Below are positions 37,490 to 49,841 of a stretch of DNA of 64,000 nucleotides, one piece after another; the first letter of the stretch is position 1; every line of letters starts with the position of its first letter. The DNA comes from Chiloscyllium plagiosum (taxonomy: Eukaryota), in NCBI RefSeq assembly GCF_004010195.1, contig NC_057718.1, positions 5,933,110 through 5,997,109 of the forward strand, read 5' to 3'. The position numbers were made by a program, and so were the translations under genes. The notes beneath the pieces were generated by a model that had not been told where the DNA came from, did not search any database, and saw nothing but the letters and a program-made list of their open reading frames with translations.

Positions 37490-38800
37490 GTAGTTTTAGG
37501 TGGGCTTGGATCGGCGCAACATCGAGGGCCCAAGGGCCTGTACTGCGCTGTATTCTTCTATGTTCTATGTTCTATGTTCTATTAACGTGAGGTTATTATG
37601 TGGATAAAAGTGAGGTTACCCACTTTGGTAGCAACAACAGGAAGATGGATTATTATCTGAATGGTGATGGATTGGGAAAAGAGGAGGTCAACAAGACCTC
37701 GATGTCCTTGTCAGTAGCCATGAAGTAGCATACTTTCTAAAGGGCACCAATTTAAGAATGTGATGAAGAGGACTTTCTTCTCTCAGAGGGTTGTGAGTTT
37801 TTGGAACTCCTTGTCACCGAAAGCTATAGGGGTAGAGTCCTTGTGTATATTCAAGGCTGAGGTGGAGATATTCTTGATCAGTAAAGTCATAGAGTCAGAG
37901 AATCATAGAACCATACAGCACAGAAACAAGCCTTTTGGTCCAGCTTGTCCATGACAACCAACCTTCCCAAACTAAACTAGTCCCATTTACCTGTGTTTTC
38001 TCTGTATCCCTCGAAACCCTTCCTATTCCTGTACCTGTCCAAATGACTTTTAAACGTTCTAACTGTATCTGTATCCACCACTTCCTCTGGCATCACGAAC
38101 CACTCTCTATGTGAAAAAGTTGTCCTTCATGTCCCTTTTAATCTATCCCTCTCACCTTAAAATATTTGCCCTCTAATTTTAGACTCTCCCTCCCTTGGGA
38201 AAAGACCTTTGATATTCACCTTATCTATGGCCTGCATGACTTTATAAACCTCCATACAGTCACCTCTCAACCTCCTATGCTCCAGTGAAAAAAATCCCAG
38301 TCTATTCAGCCTCTCCCCATAACTCAAATCCTCCAGTCCCAGTAACATCCTTGCAACTCTTTTCTGAACCTTCTCCAACTTAATATGATCTTTCCTACAG
38401 CAGAGCAACCAGAACTGCACACTGTACAACAAAGGTGGCCTCACCACGTCCGGTACAACCGCAATATGACGTCCCAACTTTGATACTCAATTGTCTGATA
38501 AAGGCAAGCATGTTACATGTTTTATTTACCACTCTGTCTACTTGGCAAGAAAGGGGAAGTGAGGAATGTTGGATGAGCCATGATTCTATTCAATGGTGGG
38601 GTAGGCCTGAAGGGCTGAATGGCCCATTCCTGTTCCCATTTCATATAGTCTTATGGAGAAGCAAGCAGTGAGGAAAGTTGATGTAACATTGGCCTTCATA
38701 GAGAGAGGGTTTGAGAACAGGAGCAGGGATGTGTTGCCGCACTTGTACAGGGACCTTGGTGAAACCACACCTGGATCTTTGTGTGCAGTTTTGATCTCCG
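37490..38800. mobile_element. Cluster of CR1 fragments (plus ~37590-37885, minus ~37885-38540, plus ~38560-38800) and a (tatgttc)n tail
   Basis: RTFFSQRVVSFWNSL; YSVQFWL..LEKVQKRVARML.GLEDLSYGERLNRLG. Confidence 0.8.
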
Positions 38801-40619
38801 TTTCTGTTGTGCCATGATTACCCAGCTCCTGACCTCATTTCAGCCTTGGTAAAAATGAGAGCTGGCTCCAAGAGGTGAGGTGACAGTGACTGTCACCTCA
38901 AAGCAGCAGTCAACTGAGTATGGCATCAAGGAGCCCTAGCAAAACTAGTGTCATTGGGAATCAGAGGGAAAACATTGCTGGTTCGAGTCATAAAGGAAGC
39001 TGGCTGTGGTTGTTGATGGTCAATCATCACTGCAAGATTTCCTCAGTCTTAATCCTACACCTAACCATCTTCAGTTGCTTCATGAATGATGGTCTCTCCA
39101 GCCCTAAGAATGTTTGTCAATAATTCTACAGAGATTAGCACCAGTCACAACTCCTCAGATACTGAAGCACTTTGTGGCCATATGTACAAAATCCTGAACA
39201 ACAGCATTCCTTCAAACAACAGTGTAAACAAGGTCCTAATCATTGCAGATGCAAAGGGCATACACTTAAAGTGTCCCTCCCTCAACTGAGCAAAAGGATG
39301 ACAGTCATGTTCTGATTCATTCATTGGGTCAGTGCCTTTACTAATTAGAGTCAGCAGACCTGGTTCAATTGCAAGTAAAGATTAACTGCCAGTCGTCATC
39401 TAACTGTCAAATTCTCCATGACAGCATTGTTCCCAATCACATTCCAATGCCAATCAATCTACACTCACTTCCTATGAAGTCTAAAATGTTGTTCTACTTT
39501 GCATTTGCATTCCTGTCAATGTTCTGATTCAACCAAATCTGGCACTTTTCAGCAATACTCAATTTATTGTACTTCCTACATTACAATATTGACTACACTT
39601 CAAAAGGTTGGTTGTAAACTCTTCTAAGATTGCCAAATCATAAAATCTTCTTCCTGCAATCACTGTACAGCATTTCCATCCCATTTGTTTCAAACCCACT
39701 TTGCAAAGCAATCCTTTCAAAATGTTGTATGGGTAATAACAGTGGTATGAGTTTCATTGTGCACAAAGCTGTCTCATTGGTCATCAAACTAAGTGGACTT
39801 CCAGTGATTAAACTCAACCCTCTTTCAGAATTATTCTGGAACTCAGAAAACTATATTGTGCAGGCAAATTTTATCAAGTCAGATTGAACGTGGAAAAGAG
39901 AGGAGTGAACTGATTGAGAATGTGAACAAGATGTGGTGGGAGAGATTTGGAGAAGCCATGTCCTCTGTTGAGGAAGTGAGAAGATGGGGATATGAATTGG
40001 AGCTAAGTCATTCAAGGACAACTTCAGGATGCACTTCTCCCACTTGTTGCTGGCTAGCAAGAAACTCATCTCAAAGCTTAGAAGAGCTCAAAAGATTTAG
40101 TGAGTTGCTCCAAAAGTTGAAATAGGCCTTGATGGACCTATTACATGATTCTGACATAAATCACACCATAGTCCACATTGTTCAGGCCCCTATAAGTGTC
40201 CACCCCTATGGAATTGTCATAAAATCCCATCTGGTTCACTGATGTTCTTTCGGGAAGGAAATCTGCTGTCCTTACTTGGTCTGGACTATGTGTGACTCCC
40301 AATCCACAAAGCTATGTGTTGGCTCTTTAACTGTTCTCTAGACGAGTAGGGATGGACAATAATTGTTGGCTTAGCTTGTGCTGCCCACATCCCATGCGTA
40401 AATAAAAAGAATGTGGTTGTGATTGGGTTTTATGCATTATTATATTTTTCTAGTCTTCCAGTAAGTCTCTTAGAGAGTAAGAATGTATCTGTTTTCATGA
40501 CGTAATGTTGTCCACTGTTTCTTGACTTAAGCAAAGCTCATCGCCTTTTTTCCCCCAGTGAATACTGACTAATGGAAAATGGATAGAACTTCCTGACACA
40601 GTATTCAATAGGTCAACAG

Positions 40620-42255
40620 AGGTGAAGCCATATTGGATTTGGTACTGGGAATGAACAAGGCCAGGTTTAGATTTGGAGGTAGGTGAGAGCATTTTGGTTA
40701 TAGTGACCACAATTCGGTTATAGTGACCACACTTTGGTTATGTTTACTTCAGCAATGGAAAGGGATAGGTATATACCACAGGCAAGAGTTGTAGCTGGGG
40801 GAAAGGCAATTATGAGGCGATTAGGCAAGATTTAAGATGCATAGGATGGGGAAGAAAACTGCAGGGGATGGACACAACTGAAATGTGAAGCTTGTTCAAG
40901 GTACAGCTACTGCATGTCCTTGATAATCGTGTGCTGCCAGGCAGGGAGGAAGTGGTTGAATGAGGGAACCATGGTTGTAAAGGTGTTGTAAGAAGACAGA
41001 GGGTGGTGGTTATTGGGAAATGTTCATCCGGGAGTTCAGTTACTAGTGGTGTATCACAAGGATCTGTTTTGGTTTAGTAAATTTGCGGATGTTACTAGAA
41101 TTGGTGGAGCTGTGGACAGTGCGGAAGGATGTTGCAGGTTACGGAGGGACATAGATAAGCTGCAGAGCTGGGCTGAGAGGTGGCAAATGGAGCTTTATTC
41201 CGGAAAATGTGAGGTGATTCACTTTGGAAGGAGTAACAGGAATTCAGAGTACTGAGTTAATGGTAAGGTTCTTAGTAGTGTGGATGAGCAGAGAGATTTC
41301 AGTGTCCATGTGCATCAATCCCTGAAAGTTGTCACCCAGGTTGACAGGGTTGTTAAGAAGACGTATAGTGTGTTAGCTTTTATTGGTAGAGAGGTTGAGT
41401 TTCGGAGCCATAAGGTCATCTTGCAGCTGGACAAAACTCTGGTGCGGACTCATTTGGTGCATTGTGTATAGTTCTGGTTGTCCCACTATAGGAAGGATGT
41501 GGAAGCTTTGAAAAGGGTTCAGAGGACATTTACCAGGATATTGCCTGGGATGGAGGGAATGTCTTATGAGGAAAGGCTGAGGGACTTGAGGCTGTTTTCG
41601 TTAGAGAGTAAAAGTTTGAGAGGTGATTTATTAGAGACATACATGATGATCTGAGGATTAGATAGGGTGGGCTGTTAAAGTCTTTTTCCTTTGATGGTGA
41701 TGGCTAGCATGAGTGGACATAGCTTTAAATTGAGGGGTGATATAGATATAGGACGGATGTTAGAGATAGATTCTTTACTCAGAGAGCAATAAGGGCATGG
41801 AATGTAGTAGTAGGCCACAGTAGTAGACTTGCCAACTTTAAGAGCATTTTTGGCAAGAGTTGTGATGGGACCTGATCTCCGACCACCTCCTCAGCAAGAC
41901 AGACCATGGCTTTGCAGTTTCCCACTGATGATACAGGATTCCCCTGACTGTGAGGCATCAGGCTGGGTGGGAAGGCATTTAGTCATCGGTCAATTCAGGG
42001 AGGGGCAGTGGTGAGTCAGGGTGTGCCAGTACCATCAGCGATGGACACAGCAGAAACACAGTCCACAGGCTTGGCCACAGACAGCTGTTCTTTTGGTATA
42101 CATACAGTCCAGGGGATCTGCGGTCTGGGGAATGGACAGGGGTCAGTTCATTGAGAATGGAATAGTGTAGGTTAGATGGTCTTCAGATTGGTTTCACAGG
42201 TCAATGCAACATCAATGGCCAAAGGGCCTGCACTGCATTGTAATGTTCTATGTTC
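40620..42255 (+). mobile_element. Internally deleted CR1 ORF2 plus 3' end, interrupted at 41848-42149 by a copied genomic segment
   Basis: ILDLVLGN, SDH, SKFAD.TRIGG..DIDKLQSWAERWQM..KCEVIHFG; taatgttctatgttc tail. Confidence 0.85.
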
Positions 42256-42892
42256 GAACTGAACCATACAAATATGGAGGACACTATACTGAGTGTAGTG
42301 ATGGATGTGAGATTTTGGCGGGATGTTGATGTGGGAGAGAGAGATGACATTTCATGAATCAATGTCAAGCTTCATTCAGATTTATTCACCTTCAATAACC
42401 TGCCATTTTCCCTTCATAGTCCAAGTTATTGCAACATTTTAGAGATACTGAGAGAGTGAGTATTAAACGTTCCAGACAAGACCAAACATTTTAATATAAA
42501 TTACTAGTTTTCCCATGGCATGTAAGATGGAAAATTTTACAATATCATTTACAGCTCAGGCAAGCATCCTAACAATGAGAGAAATATTTCACTTGATGGA
42601 AAGCAATTGTTTCATGCAACAAAATGATATTATCTTTACACTTCTAGTCGGCTGAGTATTGAATTTTGTATTTCATTGGGGGGAGTTGATGTTAATTTAA
42701 TGTTGACTAAAAGAGAGAGGTTTGTCTGGTTCACTGCTTTGAATCAAGGCATATTCTCTAACTTGCATCAATACACATTCAATAATGGGTTTTATTAGAA
42801 AAAACTCTGCTGCCTCAATCCTCTCCTGGCATTTAGGCTTTCGCTTGCAGGGATACGCACCTTATTTCCTTCTCTTTGAAATCAACTCTCAC

Positions 42893-43010
42893 GCTTCCTT
42901 TCAGGATAGTCCACAGTGACGGTGGGAAACAGGACTGAAGGCAAACTCCCTTGCCCACTTTGATCAGACCAACCCATACTTGGTGTACAATTCAAAATGT
43001 ACCACGTCAG
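42893..43010 (-). CDS. Candidate exon E2: LTWYILNCTPSMGWSDQSGQGSLPSVLFPTVTVDYPERK(L); alternative in-frame acceptor at 43034
   Basis: tgattcacag| acceptor and AAGC|gtgaga donor. 118 nt, phase 0 to 1, fits E1 and E3. Splice sites are moderate and an alternative parse exists. Confidence 0.35.
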
Positions 43011-43097
43011 CTGTGAATCAGCACTGGTGGGCAACTTCACAGGAACACAGTTAAGAAGCATGGAATCTCATGGGGATTTTGGTCACCACTGTTCTCT

Positions 43098-43809
43098 CGG
43101 TGGTTAGCACTGTGGCCTCACAATGTCAGGGACCCAGGCTCGATTCCACCCTTGGGCGACTGTTGGAGTTTGCACCTTCTCCCTGTGTCTGCTTGGGTTT
43201 CCTCCATGTACTCTGGTTTTCTCCCACAGTCCGAAAATGTGCAGGTTAGGTGGATTTGCCATGTTAAATTATCCGTAGTGTCCAGCGATGTGCAGGCTAG
43301 GTGGATTAACCATGGGAAATGTAGGGTTACAGGGATCTGAAAGAGATGCTCTTCAGGCAGATGTAGACACGATGGGCTAAACAGCTTCTTCCTGTATTGG
43401 AGGAATATTTTGGCAAGAGTTGTGATGGGACCTGATCTTCGACCACCTCCTCAGCAAGACGGACCATGGCTTTGCAGTTTCCCACTGATGATACAGGATC
43501 TGCTTGGGTTTCCTCCATGTACTCTGGTTTTCTCCCACAGTCCAAAAATGTGCAGGTTAGGTGGATTTGCCATGCTAAATTATCCGTAGTGTCCAGGGAT
43601 GTGCAGGCTAGGTGGATTAACCATGGGAAATGTAGGGTTACAGGGATCTGAAAGAGATGCTCTTCAGGCAGATGTAGACACAATGGGCTAAACAGCTTCT
43701 TCCTGTATTGGTGGAATATTTTGGCAAGAGTTGTGATGGGACCTGATCTCCGACCACCTCCTCAGCAAGACGGACCATGGCTTTGCAGTTTCCCACTGAT
43801 GATACAGGA
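43098..43809 (+). repeat. HE1 SINE whose 3' part plus flank is tandemly duplicated (311-bp period: 43188-43498 and 43499-43809)
   Basis: Two near-identical copies of tctgcttgggtttcctccatgtac...cactgatgatacagga. Confidence 0.93.
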
Positions 43810-45709
43810 TTCCCCTGACTGTGAGGCATCAGGCTGGGTGGGAAGGCATTTAGTCATCGGTCAATTCAGGGAGGGGCAGTGGTGAGTCAGGGTGTGCCAG
43901 TGCCATCAGTGATGGACACAGCAGAAATACAGTCCACAGGCTTGGCCACAGACAGTTGTTCTTTTGGTATACATACAGTCCAGGGGATCTGCGGTCTGGG
44001 GAATGGACAGGGGTCAGTTCTGTGAGTCCGGCAGCGGCAGTCAGAGGAATCATGGATCATCTGTCAAAGAGCTGCTGTTGTACAGGTCAGAGTCTGGCCT
44101 GTCATTGTCTAGGAGTGCTAGTTGAAATCAGTAGGAAGCCTGGGGCCAGTACGATCCTGGGGCCTGCCTGGTGATCATTATGGAGGGTGGAAACGGGTCT
44201 TGTAAGGCAATGGAAGACTTCTTCAGCTCTGAGGAAGAGTCATATTGGACATGAAATTTTACTTCTGTTTCTCTATCCACAGACATTGCATTTTTTAAGA
44301 AATCAAGGCTTGAAATCACTTGGATTTACATTGTACAGAAATCATTGTTGTTTGAAAGGATCTAGGATGCAGAAAGATAAGGTTTTGATTGGATTTATAT
44401 TATGATATTAGAAACTTTACTGAAAAGTATGGTTAAAAGCAGCTCACACAAATCAGCTGCCTGCAGTGAAGTAAATACTAACTATAAATCTTGTTAAAAT
44501 AGCATTCTTATTGAAAGGAAACCCTGATATAAAAGACAGGACAGACAAGAATATTGTGTACTTGAAGCCTTATCTTTGGTTTATTAAGCCCCACATCCAA
44601 CTGTTGCAATCATGGAAATTGGAAACATCAGTTGACTAAAACATTCCAGGCTTATGCTAAAATGTCACCAAGACTTTTTTCTCTTTATTCATTTGCAGGA
44701 TGACAGTGTCGCTGACTAGGCAGCATTTATTGCCCAGAGGGCAGTTAAGAGTCAACCACATTGTTGTGGGTCTAGAGTCACATGTAGGCCCGACCAGGTA
44801 AGGATGACAGATTTCCTTCCCTGAAGGGAATTAGTGACCCAGATGGGTTGTAGTTTGTAAATATCAGAGCACAGGAACAGCAAAGGCTAAATCATTGCAA
44901 TTGTGCCGAATGAAGCTCATCTCTGTAGAATTTCAACACTCTAATACATTATTCTAGCTCAATTTTAATGCCAGTAATGGTTTCCATCTAACAAATTCAT
45001 CCAGATGGAATAAAGAATCTCATTCTAATACCCGTTCTCAAATATATGTTCTTTTCTCATTTGCATTTGTATTCTTTGGTTCCACTAATCTAATTTGTGA
45101 AGAATTTTACTTACAATCAGAATTAGTTTGCATCATTAATTCCATATCTATGACATACTGTATTGTCAAAAGGCAGAAATTCCAGGGAATGATAATACAG
45201 GCAACTTAATGGCATTAAGTAGGTGGGCCATAATTTGCTGAAATTGTTGAGTTCCACTGAGACTCCCACTGATAAAGTTCCAGTAACTAATTATCATAGT
45301 ATTGAACCAAATTGTTCATAATCTTGAATGCCAAGGTTTAATTTTCCAAATTAATGCTACTGTGATCCCATCAGACCCTTAGATCATTGGGGAATATGAC
45401 CAGTGAGCTCACAACAAAGGAAAACATCTTTAGTGAAGGGAGGTAGTGGTGTAGTTTTAATGTCACTGGACATGTAATCCCAAACCCCAGGCTAATGTTG
45501 TGAGGACATGGGTTTGAATTTCATCGTGCCATTTCATAAAAGTCTGGAACAAAAAGCTGTCCTAATGGTGACCAGGTAACCATTGATGATTGTTGGGAAA
45601 ACCCATCCCAGTTCACCAATGTCCTTTAGGGAAGGAAACTGCCATCCTCACCCGATCTTGTGGACATGTGACTCCAGACCCACAGCAAAGTGGTTCACTC
45701 TTAACTGCC

Positions 45710-46225
45710 CCTGATTGATTGGTCGATTGATTTATTTATTGTCACATGTCCAAAGTATGGTGAAAAGATTTGTTTATAAGCAGTACAGGCAGATCAAACT
45801 AAGTAAGAATGTGCAGAACAAAAGATGAAGGCATGAAGGTAACATTGCACAGGGTGTACAAGAGAGATCAACTTTAGCAAGGTCCTCATCGTTTGAGGCT
45901 AGACAGTCCATTCAACAGTTGAGAGTGTGATGCTGGAAAAGCACAGCCAGTCGGCAGCATCCGCAGTCCTGCATCCGCTGATCTCCAGCATCTGCAGTCC
46001 TCACTTTCTCCTAGTTGATTATAACCTTACTGCGAAGCCTCTTCCAAGGATGCCTACCTTAAAGAAGTTCTCCTGGATGCTGCCTGACCTGCTGTGCTTT
46101 TCCAGCACCATGCTCTCGATTCTGATCTCCAGCATCTGCAGTCCTCACTTTCTCCTGGTCCATTCAATTGTCTAATAACCAATTGTCTGGGAAGGAGCAG
46201 TCCCTGAAACCACTGGTGTGTATGC
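45710..46225. mobile_element. Rex1/Babar 3' tail (minus) with an inserted mosaic of family-C fragments (~45920-46157)
   Basis: Junction duplication gtccattcaa (45906 and 46158); tccagcatctgcagtcctcactttctcct occurs twice, with an inverted piece at the start. Confidence 0.7.
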
Positions 46226-47097
46226 GAAAGAAAAAATACAAAGCTGAAAAGAATAACAAATGTTTTGACAGCCAGACACTTTGCAATTTTCTCCTTTAGT
46301 TTCAACAGTCTTACTCCAATGCATGAAACTCTGGATGGTAGAGCTCATCTTTATTCTGTACTCTCTTCCTAATTCAGACCCTCTACACTCCAATTTGATT
46401 TTCCAGCTTTCTTTTCATTGTGCGAGTATCTGTTTTGGGATTTATAGATCTAGTGTTTAATTCAAGATGAAGAGCAACCTTCCTCCACATTCACGGTGAC
46501 AATAGACTAGAAAAAAGTGAGAAAATTAATAATGAATTGATTCCAGATGTGAAACTTTCAAAAATAGTCATATTGCATTGAAGGTTGACCAGAATGATGT
46601 TCAAAAAGAAAAAGGTTTGTAAATGTAAGCACTAAATTCCAGCTCACAAGATGGATTTAAATCTTAAGATTGTCAACGTGTAAATGGCAATTTAAATGGA
46701 GTTCAGATGGAAACTATTATTCTAGAGATAAAAGACATAAGCAGCCTTTGATGGTAGGATAAGGTTAGCTTGATGTTTTAAATTATTCACTGACTGAATA
46801 TGCTGTGAACAGCACAAGGTCCTGATGAACTGATGATTTCTTGCCTTGAGTTGGTCATATATTAGGTGAGGTTTTATAGATGGACATGAAATTTTATATA
46901 TTTATGGTTTCAATTGACGCAGCACATGCTGTTTGTTGTGCTAGCAAATAGCCTTCAACTCATTTCCTGCCCAGCCTGCTATGATATTCTGGCACTTGAC
47001 CTGTGCAAAATACAGGAATGTTATTAGAACGTTTATTAGTGGTAAGAAGCTGTCCGGGAACTTCCTTCCATTTCCTTCTACCCCTGTTTCCTGATAC

Positions 47098-47155
47098 CTT
47101 GCATCCCTTCACTTGAGTCACTGCTGGAAAAAGCCATATGTTCCCCTTAAGAGTT
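47098..47155 (-). CDS. Candidate exon E1: TLKGNIWLFPAVTQVKGCK
   Basis: ctctccctggcaattccttacag| acceptor and AAG|gtatca donor. 58 nt, single open frame (phase 2 to 0), unique sequence. Confidence 0.35.
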
Positions 47156-47364
47156 CTGTAAGGAATTGCCAGGGAGAGAGCCAATGTCTGTCTAACTTGG
47201 GAAGTTTCATAAATTGAGAGAATCCCATTTGGAGAATGTACAGAAAGTTTATAAAAAAACTTTGAGTAAGAAATTAAAGAGTGAAAATGGAAAAGATACC
47301 ACCCCACTATGATTGAGTATCTGTAAAGTATAATGCTGGGAAAAATAGATTGAGTTTTTTAAAA

Positions 47365-48870
47365 GTCATAGAATCATAGAGCCATACAGCATAGAAACAG
47401 ACCCTTCAGTCAACCAGTCTCCACCAACCTTGTTCCCAAATCAAACTAATCCAACTTACCTATGTTTGACCCACATCCCTCCAAACATTTCCTATTCATT
47501 TACTTATCCAAATGTCTTTTAATGTTGTAACTATACCAGCATCTACCACTTCCTCTGGCAGTTCATCCTACTACGAACCACCCTCTGTGAAAGAAAAGTT
47601 ACCCTTCGTGTCCTTTTTAAACCTTTCTCCTCTCACCTGAACAATATGTCCCCTAGTTTTGAACTCTCCAACCCTAGGGAAAAGACCCTTACTATTCACT
47701 TTATTCAACATGATATCCCAACTCCTATACTGTAAGTTCTGAGCAATGAAGGCAAGCGTGATAAATGCTTTCTTAACCACCCTGTCTATATGTGATGCAA
47801 ATTTCAAAGAGCTATGTACCTGCCCCCGTAGATCTCTGTCCTACAACATTACCCTGAGCCCCACCATTAATTATATAAGTCCTGCCTTTGACTTTTTTTA
47901 CTAAAATGCAATACCCCTCATTTATCCAACTTAAACTCTATCTGCCCCTTCTCAGCCCAATGACCCAATTAATCAACATCTCTTTGTAGTCTTAGATGGT
48001 CTTTTTCACTGTCCACTCCACCACCAATTTTGGCATCATCTCTAAGCTTACTAACTGTATTTCTTAAATTTTCATCCAAATTGATCATATAAATGAAAAA
48101 CAAAAGTGGCTCCAATATCGATCCATGTGGGACATTGCTGGTCACAGGGCTTCAGCCTGAAAAACAACCCTCGACCACCACTCTCTGTCTCCTACCATCA
48201 AGCCAATTGGCAAGCTCTCCCTGAATCCTATGTGATCCAACGTTACCAATCAGTCTACCACGAGGAACTATGTCAAAGACTTTACTAAAGTCAATGTAAA
48301 CCACGTCTTCTGCTCTGCCCTCATCAACTTTTCTAGATTAGAGGGCTTTTGCCCGAAACATCGATTTTCCTGATCCTCGGATGCTGCCTGACCTGCTGTG
48401 CTTTTCCAACACCACTCTAATCTAGACTCTGATTTCCAGTATCTGCAGTCCTCACTTTTGCCTCATCAATCTTTCCCTCGCACAAAGCCATGCTGACTAT
48501 CATTAAACAGTCCTTGTCTCTCCAAATGCATGTAAATCCAATCTTTCAGAATCACCTCCCACAATTTATCCATCACCGATGTCAGACTCATGGGTCTGAG
48601 TTCCCAGGCTTCTCCTTACAGCTTTTCTTGTCCGTCTGACGAGACTCCTTCCGATAAGCCTGGGAATGAAGACCTATGAGTCTGACATTGGTGATGGATA
48701 AATTGTTGGAGATGATTCTAAATGATAGGATTTACATGCATTTGGAGAGACAAAGACTGTTTAAGGAAAGTCAGCATGGTTTTGTGCGAGGGAAATCATG
48801 TCTCACAAACTCAATTAAGTTAACCAGAAAGATTGATGAGGCAGAGCAATAAGCGTGGTTTACATGGACT
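47365..48870 (-). mobile_element. CR1 RT/3' fragment (minus, 47365-48630) with an inverted RT piece (plus, 48656-48870) and a family-C insert (~48340-48462)
   Basis: IDRVVKKAF.TLAFI..LFPRVGEFKTRGH; SQHGFVRGKSCLTN on the plus-strand arm, with the homologous sequence on the minus-strand arm. Confidence 0.85.
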
Positions 48871-49509
48871 CTTTTTTCCTGTCCGGGAGCAGTGGGAGAC
48901 AGAGCGGAGGTGACGTTGGGACCAGGAGCTTGCCAGGAAGGTAAGTGAACAGTACAGATATTACCTTCGATGCCCGCGTCCTTATTCCTGTCCAGGAGCA
49001 GCAGGACACAGAGCGGAAAGGACGTTGGAGACCAGGAAGTAGCTGTGAAGGTAAGGACTTAGGATATATTTGGGTAGCGGCTAAACCCGAGAAACAACAC
49101 GTGCAATATCTCCCTCCTGCCCTCCTCCCCCACCCCAAACAGAAGAAAAGGACTCTGTAAGGTAAGGTTTTCTTTTTCTTTTCTTTTATATATTTAAGTG
49201 CATCATTTGGTATTAGTTAGTTGAGTTAAAGCTAAGGCTTACAATGGCAGGGGACCTCAGACCTGTAGGATATGCCTTTTGCTTGATGTGGGAGCTCAGG
49301 GATGTGGCTGACGTCCCTGACTCTTACACTTGCAAGAAGTGTGTCCAGTTGCAGCTCTTGTTTGACCCACATGACAGCTCTGGAGCTGCGGATGGACTCA
49401 CTGTGGAGCATCTGCGATGCTGAAGAGGTCGTGGATAGCACATTTAGTGAACTGGTCACACCGCAGGTTAGAGTTGCTGGGGGACACAGTGAATGGGTGA
49501 CCAAAAGGT

Positions 49510-49841
49510 GCCCAACATGAGCAAAACTAATGTAGTGTACAAAATACCATGCAAGGACTGCACAAAACACTATATAGGACAAACAGGAAGACAGCTAACA
49601 ATCCGCATACATGAACATCAACTAGCCACGAAACGACACGACCAGCTATCCTTAGTAGGTAGCGGCAGGGACAGACCACTATAAACACCGGAGGAAACAT
49701 CAAAGAAGCGCTTCGCAGGAGGCTCCCAAGCACTGATGATGTCGCCTAGCCAGGGGACGAAACGTTTGCAACAAAAACTTCCAGCTCGGCGAACAGAACC
49801 ACAGCAACGAGCACCCGCGCTACAAATCTTCACACAAACTT
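49510..49841 (+). mobile_element. Short Penelope insertion in CR1 ORF1 (GIY-YIG remnant plus pLTR), 12-bp TSD
   Basis: NVVYKIPCKDCTKHYIGQTGRQLTIRIHEHQ; TSD tgaccaaaaggt at 49498-49509 and 49842-49853. Confidence 0.92.
49730..49769 (+). ncRNA. Minimal hammerhead ribozyme motif (family B, core intact)
   Basis: Identical to 5297-5336: gcaCTGATGAtgtcgcctagccaggggacGAAACGTTtgc. Confidence 0.8.

Noticed and set aside
39856..40125. 89-aa plus-strand ORF in unique sequence
   Set aside because: No recognisable motif or convincing splice sites.
42861..42934. Alternative E2 parse SCFPPSLWTILKGSVRVDFKEKEI with donor AAG|gtgcgt
   Set aside because: Ends in phase 2, incompatible with E3 unless an exon was missed. 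Not excluded.
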